This document shows, in pieces, positions 35,955 to 37,943 of a stretch of 37,943 nt of DNA. Both the position numbers and the translations under genes were made by a program. Below the pieces are notes generated by a model, which worked only from the letters and a program-made list of their open reading frames with translations, did not search any database and had not been told where the DNA came from. Every line of letters begins with the position of its first letter. The stretch's first letter is position 1. The stretch is from an uncultured Phycisphaerales bacterium (GTDB lineage: Bacteria > Planctomycetota > Phycisphaerae > Phycisphaerales > SM1A02). Where the stretch lies: positions 1 to 37,943 of the forward strand of contig CALKEP010000020.1 in NCBI GenBank assembly GCA_938084645.1, read 5' to 3'.

Positions 35955-37429
35955 CGGCGGCGCCCGCGAGCGACCTGTCCGACCGCACCGCGCGGGGCGC
36001 GGCGGTGATGCTGCTTGCCCGCGGACTCGGGACGGCGCTCTCGATCGGTGCCACGGCGGTGATCGCGCGATTCGTCACGCCGGAGGAGTTCGGCGTGGTC
36101 GCGATGGTGATCGCGATCCTCGGCATCGCACGGGTGCTGGAGGAGTTCGGTCTCGGCGATGCGGCCATCCAGGCCGAGCGGATCACCGACGGTGAGGTCA
36201 CCTCGCTCGCGATCGTCAACCTCGTCGCCGGCGTGGGCCTGGCCGCGGGATTCATGGCCTGTGCCCCCCTGGTGGCGGGCTTCTACGATCGTCCGGAACT
36301 GGTCTCCATCTGCCTCGCGCTCGCGCCGCTCTTCGTCTTCGCGGGGCTCGGGTCACAGCCCCGGGCGATGATGCGACGACGGTTTCGCTTTCGATCGCTG
36401 GCGATCGCGCAGACCGTCTCGCTCGCCTGTGCCGCGGTGACGGGCATGGTCGCCGCGATCGCCGGGCTCGGTGTCTGGGCGATCGTCCTGCAGCATCTCG
36501 CGGGGGCGGCCGCGCTGGCCGTGGGGTGTTGGATCGCGTCGGGGTGGCGACCTCGTCGACCGGCGCCGCTCGCGTCCATTCGACCGCTGCTCGGGTACGG
36601 ATTGAATCTCGGGTTGAGCCAGTTCCTCAACGCCCTCACCAGGAACGTCGACGACATCCTCATCGGCCGGTGGGTCGGACCGGCGGCCCTTGGTGCGTAT
36701 GGCCGGGCCTTCCAGCTGATGACCCTGCCGTCCACGCAGTTGAACCAGCCGCTCACCAGCGCCGTCGTGCCGGCCTTGAGTCGTCTTCAGAACGATCCTG
36801 CTGGCTATCGCCGGCTCTATCGAACGAGCGTGGAGGTCATCGCGAGTCTGGCATTTCCCCTCGCGGTGTTCACCGGCGTCGCGGCGCCAGCAATGGTGGG
36901 CACCCTGCTCGGGCCCGACTGGAGCGAATCCGTGCCGTTGCTCAGGGCGCTGACGCCCGCGGGGCTGATGGTCTCCCTCAACGTCGCGACCGGCTGGGTC
37001 TACCTCTCCCTCGGCCGGACCGATCGCCAGTTGCGATGGCGACTGGTCGGGTCGCTGGCCGCGATCACCGGCATGGTGGCGGGTCTTCCCTGGGGCGCTC
37101 TCGGGGTGGCGATCGGATTGAGCACGGCCCGGGTCGTCATGCGGCTTCCCGCGGTCATCTATTGTTTCCGCGGGACGCCGTTGCACCTGCTCGACGTCGG
37201 GGAGGTGATCTGGCGGCCGGTGTTGGCCTCGGTGGCGGCCGGCGTGGTGACGTGGTGGCTCGATCCGGCGGGGATGGTGGACGGATTCCGGCTGCTGATC
37301 CAGTTCACGATCTTCCTGGCCGCCTGGTTGACCGGGATGCTGGCGATCCCGGGTGGTGTCGGCCGACTGAGAGAGGGGGTCCGGCTGGTTCGCGGACTCC
37401 GACGCGGAAAGGTCGACGATGCCACGTGA
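35951..37429 (+). CDS. Wzx/PST-family oligosaccharide flippase (WzxC-like)
   Basis: The real start is ATG 35951 (ATGA overlap). ARFVTPEEFG, EFGLGDAAIQ, GVWAIV, NVDDILIGR, LGAYGRA, PALSRLQ, LLGPDW. Many TM segments. Confidence 0.9.
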   Translation: MTAAPASDLSDRTARGAAVMLLARGLGTALSIGATAVIARFVTPEEFGVVAMVIAILGIARVLEEFGLGDAAIQAERITDGEVTSLAIVNLVAGVGLAAGFMACAPLVAGFYDRPELVSICLALAPLFVFAGLGSQPRAMMRRRFRFRSLAIAQTVSLACAAVTGMVAAIAGLGVWAIVLQHLAGAAALAVGCWIASGWRPRRPAPLASIRPLLGYGLNLGLSQFLNALTRNVDDILIGRWVGPAALGAYGRAFQLMTLPSTQLNQPLTSAVVPALSRLQNDPAGYRRLYRTSVEVIASLAFPLAVFTGVAAPAMVGTLLGPDWSESVPLLRALTPAGLMVSLNVATGWVYLSLGRTDRQLRWRLVGSLAAITGMVAGLPWGALGVAIGLSTARVVMRLPAVIYCFRGTPLHLLDVGEVIWRPVLASVAAGVVTWWLDPAGMVDGFRLLIQFTIFLAAWLTGMLAIPGGVGRLREGVRLVRGLRRGKVDDAT

Positions 37430-37943
37430 GCCGATCCTGAGAATCCGATCGATCGCCGAGAAGCCGATGCAGCGACTCGGCGTCCTGCGGCCCCGTCACC
37501 TTCCCGCCTTTCTCGGAATCGGCGCGCAGAAATCGGGCACGACCTGGCTGCACGCCCGTCTGCGGGAGCACCCCGCGATCTACGTTCCCGAAGAAAAGGA
37601 GCAGCACTACTTCGACTGGAACTTCCACCGCCCGCTCGCCGACTACGCCCGGGTCTTCCGGCCCGCGGGCGAGCGGCTCGCGGGGGAGATCACGCCGGGA
37701 TACGCGATCCTCTCCGAGGAGCGGATCCATTTCATCGCGGCGGTGATGCCACGCGTCCGGATCATCTACCTGATGCGGGATCCCGTCGAACGCGCCTGGA
37801 GTCAGGTCGTGATGAACGCGGTCGAGATCGGAGATGAGGATCCGACCTCGATCGACGACGCGACCTGGCTTCGGCGACTCGGTGACCCGAGGGTTCGTCG
37901 ACGGGGGGATCATGCCGCCGTCCTCGACGCCTGGTCGCGGCGG
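37419..37943 (+). CDS. Sulfotransferase family protein, 3'-truncated by the window edge
   Basis: Not in the ORF track because it has no stop. ATG 37419 gives MPREP...FLGIGAQKSGTTWLH...KEQHYFD...GEITPGY...IIYLMRDPVERAWS, with classic 5'-PSB and 3'-PB motifs. Confidence 0.9.
   Translation, partial: MPREPILRIRSIAEKPMQRLGVLRPRHLPAFLGIGAQKSGTTWLHARLREHPAIYVPEEKEQHYFDWNFHRPLADYARVFRPAGERLAGEITPGYAILSEERIHFIAAVMPRVRIIYLMRDPVERAWSQVVMNAVEIGDEDPTSIDDATWLRRLGDPRVRRRGDHAAVLDAWSRR

Overview
High-GC bacterial chromosomal window, most likely from a Planctomycetota/Phycisphaerales genome (inferred from an IPGPG-type PEP-CTERM-like tail and three secreted proteins ending in a dockerin-like D-L-x-G-D-G...W-G-x-C module). 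It holds about 25 densely packed genes in three blocks. (1) 1-12.4 kb, stress and efflux: partial PEP-CTERM-like protein, exported MsrB-MsrA fusion, MBL hydrolase, RND pump plus MFP, S9 peptidase, DHA2 MFS and SixA. (2) 12.4-25.4 kb, exported glycan-interacting proteins: dockerin-tailed TIM-barrel-like protein, PQQ sugar dehydrogenase with an inserted CBM, sulfatase-cupin fusion coupled to a GH29 fucosidase, a lectin/PA14/Cys-Asp-repeat surface protein, and a divergent putative HTH regulator with a palindromic operator-like site between them. (3) 25.4-37.9 kb, glycosylation and sulfation: two sulfotransferases, a GacI/PpgS-like GT2 plus DUF2304 pair, two TPR-fused GT-C-like membrane proteins (one TMTC-like), four more GT2s and a Wzx flippase. 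The best candidate for an undescribed system is a TPR-guided, polyprenyl-phosphate-sugar-dependent extracytoplasmic (probably protein) glycosylation pathway whose two arms appear to share one symmetric bidirectional promoter. I recognised no rRNA, tRNA, CRISPR array or mobile element. All family assignments come from reading motifs by eye, not from database searches.
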